A stretch of DNA of 64,000 nt from positions 151,665-215,664 of the forward strand of contig CAIRNR010000007.1 in NCBI GenBank assembly GCA_903879985.1, read 5' to 3'. Below the pieces are notes generated by a model. It worked only from the letters and a program-made list of their open reading frames with translations, ran no database searches and had not been told where the DNA came from. Every line of letters begins with the position of its first letter. Position 1 is the first letter of the stretch. This DNA is from an uncultured candidate division WWE3 bacterium. GTDB taxonomy: Bacteria > Patescibacteriota > WWE3 > UBA101185 > UBA10185. This document shows positions 7,340 to 17,124 of this stretch, piece after piece. The translations under genes were made by a program, and so were the position numbers.

Positions 7340-10263
7340 TTTTGAAGTAACGCTGCTGCTTGCTTAGCCTCAGCCTCCTGTTGAGCTAAAACTTTTGCAT
7401 CATGATCTACTTTAGAATCGAAATACCACAGAACGTAATCTCCATCATATTGAACAACAACGGGCGGATAAGTCTTACCTATTACTTGTGAGGAGTATCG
7501 CCCGGACTTAGTTAACAGAATTAATGGAACATTAGGATCTACTTCGGGCACCCGATCTTTTTTAGTAGGTTCAAAGTCTATAACCTCGTAAGGACTGTCT
7601 GTATAAAACATTACAACCGGATCTTCGATACGATCAACGTAAACCTTATCCTTTGTTCCGAATTTTGAATCTTTAAGCTGCAATAATCGCGCCTCAGAAC
7701 CAGTTAAATCAGAACTGAACGCCAGGTTTCTGTTTAAAAATAGATAAAAGAATCCAAAAATAAATAGTACAAATATTGTTAAAAACTTAACTGAAACTGT
7801 ATTTAATCGACTGAATTTTTCGTAAACAAACTTCAAAACAGTATCTATAAAGTTTCCTGCTATTATTGCCAACGCCGGATATATTGGAATTATGTACCAA
7901 ATAAGTTTTGATTTTGCGATCGAAAAAAAGAAAAATATAAACAAAGCCCAAATAACAAGCAAAACATATCGTGAATCTTTTTTGATAATTTTAAAAATAC
8001 TAAAAATTAAACCTGGTATTAAAACCAAAAACCAAACGCGCATGCTTACCTTTATTACTGTTAAATACCAAAAGAATGGTTTCCCTTTGTCTTCAATAGA
8101 TTCGGTAGCGCGGTCCCATACATGGTAGCCAATATAATTTTTCAAAAACGACATTCCATACTTTTCGTACATGAAAATATGCCAAGGCATAAAAACTACT
8201 AACGCAGAAACAATAAGTGTTACATATCCCCAAACGAGTTTTTTCGTAAACTTTTGAGACTTTGTTAATAAGGCATATATTTCGTATAAGAAAATAATTG
8301 GAAATGGTATCAAACCAACTACACCCTTGATCATTACACCAAGACCGATTGACACCCCCGATAATATCCAGTAGGCCAGTTTTCCTTTGTCTTTTGCGAA
8401 AGAATAAAAGTATATGGATAACAAAATGAAAAACGTAGTGCTTACGTCGGTCATTGCACTGCGCGAATAATAGATAAATTGAACAGTTGTAAGCAATATA
8501 AGTGCCGAAATAAAACCGGTTGTCTTACTAAACCATTTGGATCCTAGCATGAATACAATCACCACCGATAAAAACCCTAGAATTGCACTTGGCAAACGAG
8601 CTGCCCATTCATTTACGCCAATAACTTTCATAGCACCAGCCATAAGCCACATATACAAAGGTGGTTTTTCGTACCAAACCTTATTTGGTTTCCAATACAT
8701 ATCTAGCCAGTTTCCTGAAACAACCATGTTTTTAGAAATCTTTGCGTATATTGCCTCATCCCAAGGAACCAAATGATTTGTACCTAAATTAACAAACAAA
8801 ATTAATGCACTCACAACCAAGACTATTAACAACAAACTTCTGGTAGAACCTAACAAGCTAGACAATATTTCTGAAAATGAAACTTGGTTTCTTACAATGC
8901 TGTGAGCCCAAATGAAATATAAAAATAAGATTATCCAAAAAAATTCTGTATTGTAGGAATAAAATATTCCTGCCACATATAACCCAATAATTGCGCTGAA
9001 CATACCCGCGGATAAAAGATAATTTTTCAGGTCGGTCGATTTAAGTGCCATATACAACAGCGTCATAAGTAGTACACAACTAAAAAGAAGATACGCAGAA
9101 AGTCCAAGAATTCCTGTCTCTGAAACAAGTTCACCCCAAATGGTATGTGCAGGAACCCTTGTGCTTAAAGCTGCAGGATCCCGCCCAAAAAATACTGGTG
9201 CAGTTTTAGTAGAACTAAATTGTTCAAAGAACGAGCCATAACCTCCACCAAGATATGGATATTTTTCAAACACTTCAACAGCGCCTTGAAGTAATAAAAA
9301 GTGTGAATCGTAGGAATCCATTCTATAGTGAAAATAATTGCGGATAGCAGCTCTAAATGGACTGCTTTTTATACTATAAAAATAGCCTATGGGTGCAGAA
9401 ATAATTATCAACCCAATGAGAACATACATTACGCCCTTAACACCGATCTTTTTGAAGAGAAGAACACTAAGTAATACTAGAAACTCTACTCCTGCTAAAA
9501 TCCATGAGGATCGAGAGTTCGTTAAAAATACAGCAGCGGCAATAGAAATAAACATTAATATATTTAGTAACTTGAGCTTGATATTTTTTTCGGTAAAGGC
9601 AAATATAGCAATAATAGGTAAAACTACAGCAAGCAGTGCGCCATACTGATTTACATCCCAAAATAGCGAACCTAATCGAGGCAGGTTTTCTGGAACATTC
9701 CATAAGGCACCAATTATTATGTTGTAGCGCATAAACAAAAACATTTGAATGTAACCAAAAAGTGTTAATGCAAAAACTGTGTATGTATAAAATTTAATAT
9801 ATTTAACAACTTGTAGTGTGTTTTCCCGTAACGAGAAATATAGATAAATTCCCAGAGCTACTATAGCAGTCAAGAATCCAAACAAAGATACGCTTGCAGA
9901 CATATTTTTACTGAAATATATTGAAACACCTGCAGCTATCCAATAAAACAACAAAGCAGCTACAAAAGGTTCTTTTATAGATGCAATGATTTCTGAAAAA
10001 AAGAATTTAACGTCTATACCTTTTCCTTTTGGACTTCGTGACCCACTAGAAACAAATCTGGTATATAACTTAACAATCCCAGCGCAAAGTACGGCAAAAA
10101 TATAACCACGTACCGGTAACAAATCCCAGCGATAGAAGCTGAACAACTCCTTGTGCATGAATACCGACAATATCAGCAAAATATAAACGGAAAATTTAAA
10201 GTCCCGCAAAATAAGGAAAAAACATATTAAAAATATTGCAATAACAACTGCGAGTTCTAACAT
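7336..10263 (-). CDS. Fusion of an O-antigen ligase/Wzy_C-like domain (N-terminal) and an ArnT/PMT-like GT-C domain (C-terminal)
   Basis: N half: RLGSLFWDVNQYG, TNSRSSW, PYLGGGYGSF, AHTIWGELVSETGILG. C half: PWDEAIYA, YEKPPLYMW, EWAARLPSA, MIKG, KLIWYIIPIYP. One 975-aa ORF with many TM helices. Confidence 0.85.
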   Translation of the reverse strand: MLELAVVIAIFLICFFLILRDFKFSVYILLILSVFMHKELFSFYRWDLLPVRGYIFAVLCAGIVKLYTRFVSSGSRSPKGKGIDVKFFFSEIIASIKEPFVAALLFYWIAAGVSIYFSKNMSASVSLFGFLTAIVALGIYLYFSLRENTLQVVKYIKFYTYTVFALTLFGYIQMFLFMRYNIIIGALWNVPENLPRLGSLFWDVNQYGALLAVVLPIIAIFAFTEKNIKLKLLNILMFISIAAAVFLTNSRSSWILAGVEFLVLLSVLLFKKIGVKGVMYVLIGLIIISAPIGYFYSIKSSPFRAAIRNYFHYRMDSYDSHFLLLQGAVEVFEKYPYLGGGYGSFFEQFSSTKTAPVFFGRDPAALSTRVPAHTIWGELVSETGILGLSAYLLFSCVLLMTLLYMALKSTDLKNYLLSAGMFSAIIGLYVAGIFYSYNTEFFWIILFLYFIWAHSIVRNQVSFSEILSSLLGSTRSLLLIVLVVSALILFVNLGTNHLVPWDEAIYAKISKNMVVSGNWLDMYWKPNKVWYEKPPLYMWLMAGAMKVIGVNEWAARLPSAILGFLSVVIVFMLGSKWFSKTTGFISALILLTTVQFIYYSRSAMTDVSTTFFILLSIYFYSFAKDKGKLAYWILSGVSIGLGVMIKGVVGLIPFPIIFLYEIYALLTKSQKFTKKLVWGYVTLIVSALVVFMPWHIFMYEKYGMSFLKNYIGYHVWDRATESIEDKGKPFFWYLTVIKVSMRVWFLVLIPGLIFSIFKIIKKDSRYVLLVIWALFIFFFFSIAKSKLIWYIIPIYPALAIIAGNFIDTVLKFVYEKFSRLNTVSVKFLTIFVLFIFGFFYLFLNRNLAFSSDLTGSEARLLQLKDSKFGTKDKVYVDRIEDPVVMFYTDSPYEVIDFEPTKKDRVPEVDPNVPLILLTKSGRYSSQVIGKTYPPVVVQYDGDYVLWYFDSKVDHDAKVLAQQEAEAKQAAALLQK

Positions 10264-10264
10264 A

Positions 10265-11395
10265 TTATTTATTTAACAAGCTTTTATACACATCTAAAGT
10301 CTGCTCAGCGGCCTTTTTCCAAGTATATGCTACCTTAATACTTTCATCAATTAACGGACGAGAGCGCGCTAACTCGATCTTTATAGCTGAAGCAATACTA
10401 TTGATATCGTCGGGTTCACAGTACGTTGCTAAATCACCCAAGTATTCTCGGGCACAGTCTCCGGCAGCGACTGCATTCGTACCTACATATAAAGCCTCTA
10501 AACTGGTTAATCCTGTAGATTCAAACCAACTTGCGGAGACACAAACTTTTGCAAATTTATAATACGAGGGCATATCAGTATAAGGCACATATTGAATGTG
10601 GTGAATCCATGGATTAGCCGCTACAGCCTTTTTAAAGTGGTAGTTATACTCCATGTGTTTGTAACCACCAGTTCGACCAATTAAGACAAGCTGTAAATCC
10701 TTTCCCGTTTCTTTTCGTAGTTGCTCCACGGCCTTAATAAGACTTAAGTGGTTTTTTCGAGGTTCAATTCGGCCAACACTAATAATGTAGTTTTCAAAAT
10801 CAAAAGGATTTTTGAAGTCCTGAGAATTAATAAACTGTTCGCCAACGCCGTTAACAACTTTTCTCCATTTAAAATCTACGCCATAGGTATCAAGCAAGTC
10901 ACGAGCTTCAACGTTTGTTTGAACTAAAACAACATCGGACATTTGCAAAGTTTCCCTAAGCATTTTCTTGAATCCGTAAAATATACTAAATAAAGTTGGT
11001 TTCAACTTTTCCCAACTTGTAATTGATCTATAAACGTTTTTAAAAACATCACGATTAAATTGGTCACTAAATAAGAGCTTGGCGACACGTCGATAATCAA
11101 AAACGTAGAAATCATCAAACTTTTTAACTTCAGAAACTTTGTGGTGAATTGGAGACAACACTAAAGGCACACCTGCAGAATCCTTAACCTTTTTAGCGTA
11201 GAAAAATATTTCAGGTGTCCAATCTAATTGAAAAGCGTGAACCAAGTCATAATCTTTTGGGTTAAAGTTTAAATCCGTTTTTATTTCTACATCTACGCCC
11301 AGCTTACGCAATTCGGCTGCAGTGTTTTCGATTTGGATTTTGTCTCCTCCACCAACTTTCATGAGTCCATAACGACCCAGCATTAATACTTTCAT
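10265..11395 (-). CDS. Glycosyltransferase family 4
   Basis: GGDKIQ, VGRIEPRKN and ESTGLTSLEA motifs. Confidence 0.9.
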   Translation of the reverse strand: MKVLMLGRYGLMKVGGGDKIQIENTAAELRKLGVDVEIKTDLNFNPKDYDLVHAFQLDWTPEIFFYAKKVKDSAGVPLVLSPIHHKVSEVKKFDDFYVFDYRRVAKLLFSDQFNRDVFKNVYRSITSWEKLKPTLFSIFYGFKKMLRETLQMSDVVLVQTNVEARDLLDTYGVDFKWRKVVNGVGEQFINSQDFKNPFDFENYIISVGRIEPRKNHLSLIKAVEQLRKETGKDLQLVLIGRTGGYKHMEYNYHFKKAVAANPWIHHIQYVPYTDMPSYYKFAKVCVSASWFESTGLTSLEALYVGTNAVAAGDCAREYLGDLATYCEPDDINSIASAIKIELARSRPLIDESIKVAYTWKKAAEQTLDVYKSLLNK

Positions 11396-12528
11396 AAGGA
11401 CTCCGTATATAAATTAATGTAATTCTTTATAAAAATCTCCAAGCTAAATAAATCTTCAACACGTTGCTTGGATTCTGCTAATTTAACGCTACCTCCAGAA
11501 ATTTCTGGGAGTATCGCCACCATTTTGTCAGATAAATCTTCATCGTTTCCCACTGTAAAATATGTAACCAAATCGGAACCAACTTCCTTTAGTACCGGAA
11601 GATCGGAGCAAATGGTTGGAACTTCTGAATACATAGCCTCAGCAAGGACATAACCAAAACCTTCAGCTCGTGATGGAAAAACAAAGCAATTCATAGCTGA
11701 ATATAGCTTTACTAAATCTTCTTGTGCAAGAATTCCTGTTATTGTGACTTGATCTGAAATTTTTAAGTCTGCCGCCTGTTTATTTAATTGTTGATACAAC
11801 GCTCCTCCACCTGCGAGTAATAAGCGATAGTCATCACCATGAGAATTAATTTTTTGTAAGAACTTCGCAAATGCTTTAACCAAAACATCGTGACCTTTTT
11901 CTATTGTTAATCGACTGACAACTCCAAATATAAATGTTGTGTCAGGAATATCGTAGCGGTTTCTAATTAGTTTGTTAAACATGTTACGTTGCTCTTTTGT
12001 TGCACTAAAAGCTTTTGTATCTATTCCATTTGGAATTACCACTAACTTGTTATCCTCAATCCCCTCTTTAACTTTTGCAGAACGGGAATTTTGTGTAAGA
12101 GCAATTTCTTTTGTTGAAAAATTATTTACGAAAAATGCGTAGCCTTTGGTTGTAAGAAACTTTTTTAATGAACTTATTTGCCATTCGGATATTGGTGTGT
12201 GAGTGTGACTAATCCGAACTTTTGTTCCTGCCACCTTTGCCGCAATTAGCGAGTTTACTACCGCCTTAAGCTCGTTGGCGTGTATAACATCTATTTTATT
12301 TTCTTTTAAAAACTTGGAAAGCTTAAAAATATACGCTAAATCAAAATCGGAATTAATTGTGTGTATTTCAACCGTGGCACCAGCCTCTTGATACATGGGA
12401 ACTATTTCCCCGTCAGGGCACCAAACGTAAACTTCGTTACCAGCTTCAACCATACCTTTCACTAAATATCTAACGTAATGTTCCATTCCACCTGGTTTTC
12501 CTGAGTTTAGTGTATAAAGAATTTTCAT
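11392..12528 (-). CDS. Glycosyltransferase family 4
   Basis: GGMEHY, SRLTIEKG and PSRAEGFGYVLAEAM motifs. The ATG at 12528 is preceded by an SD-like AGGTGAG. Confidence 0.92.
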   Translation of the reverse strand: MKILYTLNSGKPGGMEHYVRYLVKGMVEAGNEVYVWCPDGEIVPMYQEAGATVEIHTINSDFDLAYIFKLSKFLKENKIDVIHANELKAVVNSLIAAKVAGTKVRISHTHTPISEWQISSLKKFLTTKGYAFFVNNFSTKEIALTQNSRSAKVKEGIEDNKLVVIPNGIDTKAFSATKEQRNMFNKLIRNRYDIPDTTFIFGVVSRLTIEKGHDVLVKAFAKFLQKINSHGDDYRLLLAGGGALYQQLNKQAADLKISDQVTITGILAQEDLVKLYSAMNCFVFPSRAEGFGYVLAEAMYSEVPTICSDLPVLKEVGSDLVTYFTVGNDEDLSDKMVAILPEISGGSVKLAESKQRVEDLFSLEIFIKNYINLYTESL

Positions 12529-12548
12529 ATAACTCACCTAACGTATAT

Positions 12549-13754
12549 TTATGCGTTCAATTTTTCAAAAATATAACCTAGCATTGTGTTTACTTTAGTT
12601 CCCCAGTCATTTTGCCTGGCTACTGCCTGACGAGCTGCAACTTTTTCAGCCGAGTTTTCTTCTATAGCATTTCTAATATTATGAGAAAATTCGTTATAAC
12701 TTTTTGAAATGTAGCAAACGCTTGAAAATGGTGTATATGCTGGAAGGTCTGTTACAACAACTGGTATACCTGCTGCAAGTTCCTCGTGGAATTTAACAGG
12801 GAAACAACCACCGACTGTGTAGTCATTAAGTTGATAAGGAATAATCATTACATCAAATCCTGCTAAATAATTTTGCAATACTGAAAAATCTTTTGTACCT
12901 AGGAAATAAATGTTTTTAAAGCCATCTAACCCAAGTTGCTTTAAATCAGCCTCTCTATCTTTAAGAGCCATAGGTCCGATAATTACAAAAGAATAACCTG
13001 GATAATCTCCAGCTATTTTCTTAAATAATTCTCTATCAAACTTATATTCATCAATTGCGCCAGTGAAACCAATTCTAGGCGAAGGAATATTTGCTAAATC
13101 GTCAGGTAGATCTTTAATTAACAACGTGTCTTTAAACTTTTCAAAGTCACCCACGTTTGGCGTGTAATATGTGTTTGAATTATATTTTTTAAGTCGCGTG
13201 ATTAAACCTGGAGCTGTTGAAAAAACAATATTAGCTCTGGTGGCCAACATCTTTTCGGTGCGCACAATTTTATCTTTTTTAGCGGGAGTATCGTATCGTG
13301 GAAAACCTGCGTAATTATCAACACAATCGTAAACCAAGAAATCATGCTTAACATATTTTAAATAATCTTCTAATCCTTCGATTTCTACATGGTAAACCCA
13401 TAAAACTGTTTTGCAGTTTTTGTCGAAAAATTGTGAAGCTAATAAATTTATGTAACGTGCGTGCCATTTTGCTAATTTGTCGCGTGTAGGTAAACAATCT
13501 AACGGAGAATATATGTGCAAACCACTATCTTTCATCACTTGTGTGATTAATCTAAAAAATGACCACTGACCTTTGAACAATTGCCTGAAAAACAATCTTC
13601 CGGTGGTTATTGGTGGATCTACAAACAAAACATTGTAACCCATTTTGGAAAGCCTGCTCATGACATGCTTTTTGTTTGTCCATAAAGGATATGTCCATAT
13701 TTGGTTTGATAGACAAATTACATTAAGTTTTTTTGGATTCGATTCAACGCTCAT
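12549..13754 (-). CDS. Glycosyltransferase family 4 (TuaH-like)
   Basis: LVYDCVD, PNVGD, IGFTGAI and FPVKFHEELAAGIPVV motifs. Confidence 0.88.
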   Translation of the reverse strand: MSVESNPKKLNVICLSNQIWTYPLWTNKKHVMSRLSKMGYNVLFVDPPITTGRLFFRQLFKGQWSFFRLITQVMKDSGLHIYSPLDCLPTRDKLAKWHARYINLLASQFFDKNCKTVLWVYHVEIEGLEDYLKYVKHDFLVYDCVDNYAGFPRYDTPAKKDKIVRTEKMLATRANIVFSTAPGLITRLKKYNSNTYYTPNVGDFEKFKDTLLIKDLPDDLANIPSPRIGFTGAIDEYKFDRELFKKIAGDYPGYSFVIIGPMALKDREADLKQLGLDGFKNIYFLGTKDFSVLQNYLAGFDVMIIPYQLNDYTVGGCFPVKFHEELAAGIPVVVTDLPAYTPFSSVCYISKSYNEFSHNIRNAIEENSAEKVAARQAVARQNDWGTKVNTMLGYIFEKLNA

Positions 13755-13801
13755 AGTATAAGGCTAACCACTATTATACATGTTATGAAAAGGAAATACT
13801 C

Positions 13802-15169
13802 CTATAAGCAGGTAGGACAAGCTTTACGCAATAAATGTAGTTTAACCAGTATTCGGCGGGCATAAAACACAAACTCACTATCTTTTATTGACCATAACCA
13901 CCCGATATTTGTGTAACCACGGTCGTAAGCGGCATGCCAAATACCATCAAAGTAAACAAGGCCCGTAAGTTCTATTAAAACAGACGTGACTATGCACGTG
14001 AAAAAGATTTTTTTTGTTATTTCGTATAATGGGGAATTTATGTAAGGTATTAGCAAAAGTACCAAATAAGGTATTACATCAGAGCTTAAACGGTAGCCGT
14101 AAGACCAACCACCAAACCAGTATTTCCAAAAACTTATAACAAGAGTATGTAAAACGATAATAATCGTAAACAGGATATTTAGTAAGGATTTAGACTTAAG
14201 TGCTCGCCATGCACCAACAAGGGAAAACACAAATACTGGTGAATAAACTAATATGCCTTTGCTGGGCGAGATCCATACACCAAAGAAACTTACAGGAAAA
14301 GTATCCACCCAGTTTTTAAATAACTGATTGGCATAACCTTGATTTTCAACACTTTTATAAAAGATCCCGTTATAAATAACAAAAAATAAAACATTGAGCA
14401 AAACGCCTATACTAAAAGCCGAATAACTTTTTAATAACTTCTGAGGTTGTTTAAATTCCAACATTCCGATGTAAAGACCTACCAATATAATTGTTAATGC
14501 TGCAGTTGGACGCGAGAGTGCTGCCAAACCAAAGAACAAGCCGCTTAAAAATAAATGTTTATACGAAAAAGATTGCTGTGTATAAAATAATAGAAAATAT
14601 AAACCTAATATTGAAAACAGCTGCAATGCGCCATGCTGCCATAAGGCCTGCGAAATCATTGCGAAGTTAACAGTGCCAAACAAATAAATCCCCGTAAGCA
14701 TTAATGATTTTTTTGAATCAAGCTTAAATATATCTTTAAGAAGTAAATAAAAAAATCCACCGGCAAATGCTAAAATCAGCGAACCCGACAGGTGACCAAG
14801 AATAGCCAAAGTATTCCAGGTAAACGATACGTGCAATAAAACAGGTAAAATATAAACTGGTAAGGCCAACAAAGAAATAATTAATGGAAACGCCGACACA
14901 TAATGAGTATCAACTTTTCTTAAGTAATACGGTGTTAAACCAAGAGATTGATCCATATCAGCAGTATTTGGGTATTCCTTAATCATCATGTTGTAATATT
15001 CATCCAAATAAAGGTTACCGTGTTCTAATATTGAAATTGGAGTAAACAATGCAGGAACAGTATCCTGTGATTGAATTGGCAACGAATTAATTCCCAGTTT
15101 AAACAAAATAAGCCAAGGAACAAAAAATAAAACGGTTGAAATAATTATAATTTGCCAAAATCTTTTCAT
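13802..15169 (-). CDS. Polytopic membrane protein, probable GT-C-fold glycosyltransferase
   Basis: About 11-12 TM helices, an acidic QSQDT in the first external loop, and ALWQHG, SRP, SPSKGILVYSP and WFGGWSYGYR motifs. Confidence 0.7.
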   Translation of the reverse strand: MKRFWQIIIISTVLFFVPWLILFKLGINSLPIQSQDTVPALFTPISILEHGNLYLDEYYNMMIKEYPNTADMDQSLGLTPYYLRKVDTHYVSAFPLIISLLALPVYILPVLLHVSFTWNTLAILGHLSGSLILAFAGGFFYLLLKDIFKLDSKKSLMLTGIYLFGTVNFAMISQALWQHGALQLFSILGLYFLLFYTQQSFSYKHLFLSGLFFGLAALSRPTAALTIILVGLYIGMLEFKQPQKLLKSYSAFSIGVLLNVLFFVIYNGIFYKSVENQGYANQLFKNWVDTFPVSFFGVWISPSKGILVYSPVFVFSLVGAWRALKSKSLLNILFTIIIVLHTLVISFWKYWFGGWSYGYRLSSDVIPYLVLLLIPYINSPLYEITKKIFFTCIVTSVLIELTGLVYFDGIWHAAYDRGYTNIGWLWSIKDSEFVFYARRILVKLHLLRKACPTCL

Positions 15170-15178
15170 AGGTTAAAA

Positions 15179-16375
15179 CTAACTAGACAAGTGCAAAAGA
15201 ATTGTAACACTATCCTGAATTATAAATTTAGCTACCTGTAAGCGTGCCACAATACCCGCGCGCTTTTTTGAAACTTCCAAATAATAAGTTTGGTACTTGC
15301 CGAAGATGTTGTCCCAATTAAACTGTTGCGCTCTTTCCAAACCTTTTTTCTTCATTTGAGAAAGTAAGTGGGAATCGCCGGTAAGTTTTAATGTTTTTTC
15401 GGCAAGATCAGTTGCGTCTTTTGGCGGTATCAACTCTCCTACGCCTCCCACAATTTCTGGATTTGAAGACACGTTAGTAGTTAGAATTGGTAAGCCACAG
15501 GCCATAGCTTCTAAATAAACCCAACCAAATCCTTCATGCAATGTGGGCAACACAAAAAGATCGGCCAGATTATAATACTTTGGCAATAAATCACCTGTGT
15601 TCGAAATTGAACCAACAAGTTTCACATAATCTTCTAAATTATATTTTCGGATTAAATCGTTTAACAACGCACGTTCAACGCCGTCACCAATAATCAAAAA
15701 CACTATATCCGTAACATGCTTTTGGTTAACAATAATATTTGCTGACTCAATTAAAGTAGATAAATTTTTTCGCGGATCCAAGCGACAAACCGTTAAAATA
15801 ACTTTTTTATTTTCCAGAGCGTATTCATGACGTAAATCTGAAACAGCCCAGCCGGGCTTAAACTTTTGTAAATCGAAACCTTTTGGTATTATCTCGGCAC
15901 TATAACCATGTTTTAAGCATTGCTCATTCATAAACTTAGAAATCTGGATAACTCCATCGGCGCGCTTCCCTTCTACAAGTTCAAAGAATTGATCACCGGC
16001 CATAACCATAACGTAAGGAATTCCAAACAACAGCTTTATAAAGCGTGCGAGGTAAGCTTCCAAAGAAAAATGTACGGAAATTAGGTCAAATCTTTTGTGA
16101 TCCAACAAATACATTTTTAGAAATAGGAAGAAGCACTTTATATTAAACAACAACGCAAAAATAATTCCAAAAGCTGAATAACTGTAATAACTTTTTGGGG
16201 CTGACACAAAACGCAAATCAACTTTATCTTTTACAAAATCCAGCTTATCGCCAACAGTCGTAATTACTGTAACTTCGTCGCCATGTATAGAAAACTGGGA
16301 TATTAATTCTTTTATGTGAGTTTCGTTTCCACCCTCGTTATAGCCAACCCAACGATTTATAAAAAGTATTTTCAT
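15179..16375 (-). CDS. Glycosyltransferase family 4
   Basis: GGNETH, CRLDPRKN and EGFGWVYLEAMACGLP motifs. Confidence 0.92.
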   Translation of the reverse strand: MKILFINRWVGYNEGGNETHIKELISQFSIHGDEVTVITTVGDKLDFVKDKVDLRFVSAPKSYYSYSAFGIIFALLFNIKCFFLFLKMYLLDHKRFDLISVHFSLEAYLARFIKLLFGIPYVMVMAGDQFFELVEGKRADGVIQISKFMNEQCLKHGYSAEIIPKGFDLQKFKPGWAVSDLRHEYALENKKVILTVCRLDPRKNLSTLIESANIIVNQKHVTDIVFLIIGDGVERALLNDLIRKYNLEDYVKLVGSISNTGDLLPKYYNLADLFVLPTLHEGFGWVYLEAMACGLPILTTNVSSNPEIVGGVGELIPPKDATDLAEKTLKLTGDSHLLSQMKKKGLERAQQFNWDNIFGKYQTYYLEVSKKRAGIVARLQVAKFIIQDSVTILLHLSS

Positions 16376-17124
16376 TTTTCAGTTTTAGCAACTACATGAA
16401 AAACATCAGGTGCATTTAAATATGTTTCTTTGGTAATTTTGTTTTGGCGCAAATCCGCAAATTCATAACCTGCGTTATTTAACAAATCGTAAATTTCCGG
16501 CCAGATTTTAGAGCTATGCACCTCAATTAAAAATTTCGGATGATCTTTTGCAATAATTTCTTTGGCACCAATTAGCAATTTATATTCGTAACCTTCAACG
16601 TCAACTTTTATGAAATCAACTTTGGAAAGGTGGTTCTCGTTAACAACGGTATCCAATGTTTTAACATGAAAAATAGTCTCATTTTTTTTAGAATAATTTA
16701 CAAAACCTGAGTCCATAAAGTTAGCCATATTGGAATCGTCAAATGTATGCGCGGTTGCCTCCGAGTTTGAATCACCCAAGGCATATGCACCAGTCTTAAT
16801 ATTCTCAAAACCATTAGCCTTTGCGCTATTATCAACACAAACACAGTTAGGGTCAATTGCTAAAACAAATCCTCCTTTACCGACAATCTTTCTTAATACT
16901 AAAGCGATGTAACCAATATGGCATCCGGCATCAATACAAACGTCGTCAGCGTTAACCACGTGATTAAGTGCGGTAACAACTTCTGGTTCGTATGTACCAA
17001 GAATCTTTTTAATACCGTGCCTTGGTGCCATATAAATGTTCAAACCTTTTAACGTTCCTGACATCACCCTAAATATACGTGGAGCCACAAAGAATTTTCT
17101 AAAAAAGTCATTTAGTATGTTCAT
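16372..17124 (-). CDS. FkbM-family SAM-dependent methyltransferase
   Basis: YEPE, IDAGCHIG, TLD, FIKVDVEGYE and LIEVH motifs. Confidence 0.92.
   Translation of the reverse strand: MNILNDFFRKFFVAPRIFRVMSGTLKGLNIYMAPRHGIKKILGTYEPEVVTALNHVVNADDVCIDAGCHIGYIALVLRKIVGKGGFVLAIDPNCVCVDNSAKANGFENIKTGAYALGDSNSEATAHTFDDSNMANFMDSGFVNYSKKNETIFHVKTLDTVVNENHLSKVDFIKVDVEGYEYKLLIGAKEIIAKDHPKFLIEVHSSKIWPEIYDLLNNAGYEFADLRQNKITKETYLNAPDVFHVVAKTEK

Noticed and set aside
7336-10263. LPS/lipid A modification reading of the WaaL- and ArnT-like domains
   Set aside because: No lpx, kds, waa core, arnA/B/D or outer-membrane genes are in the window and the lineage looks CPR-like. It cannot be fully excluded without the rest of the genome.
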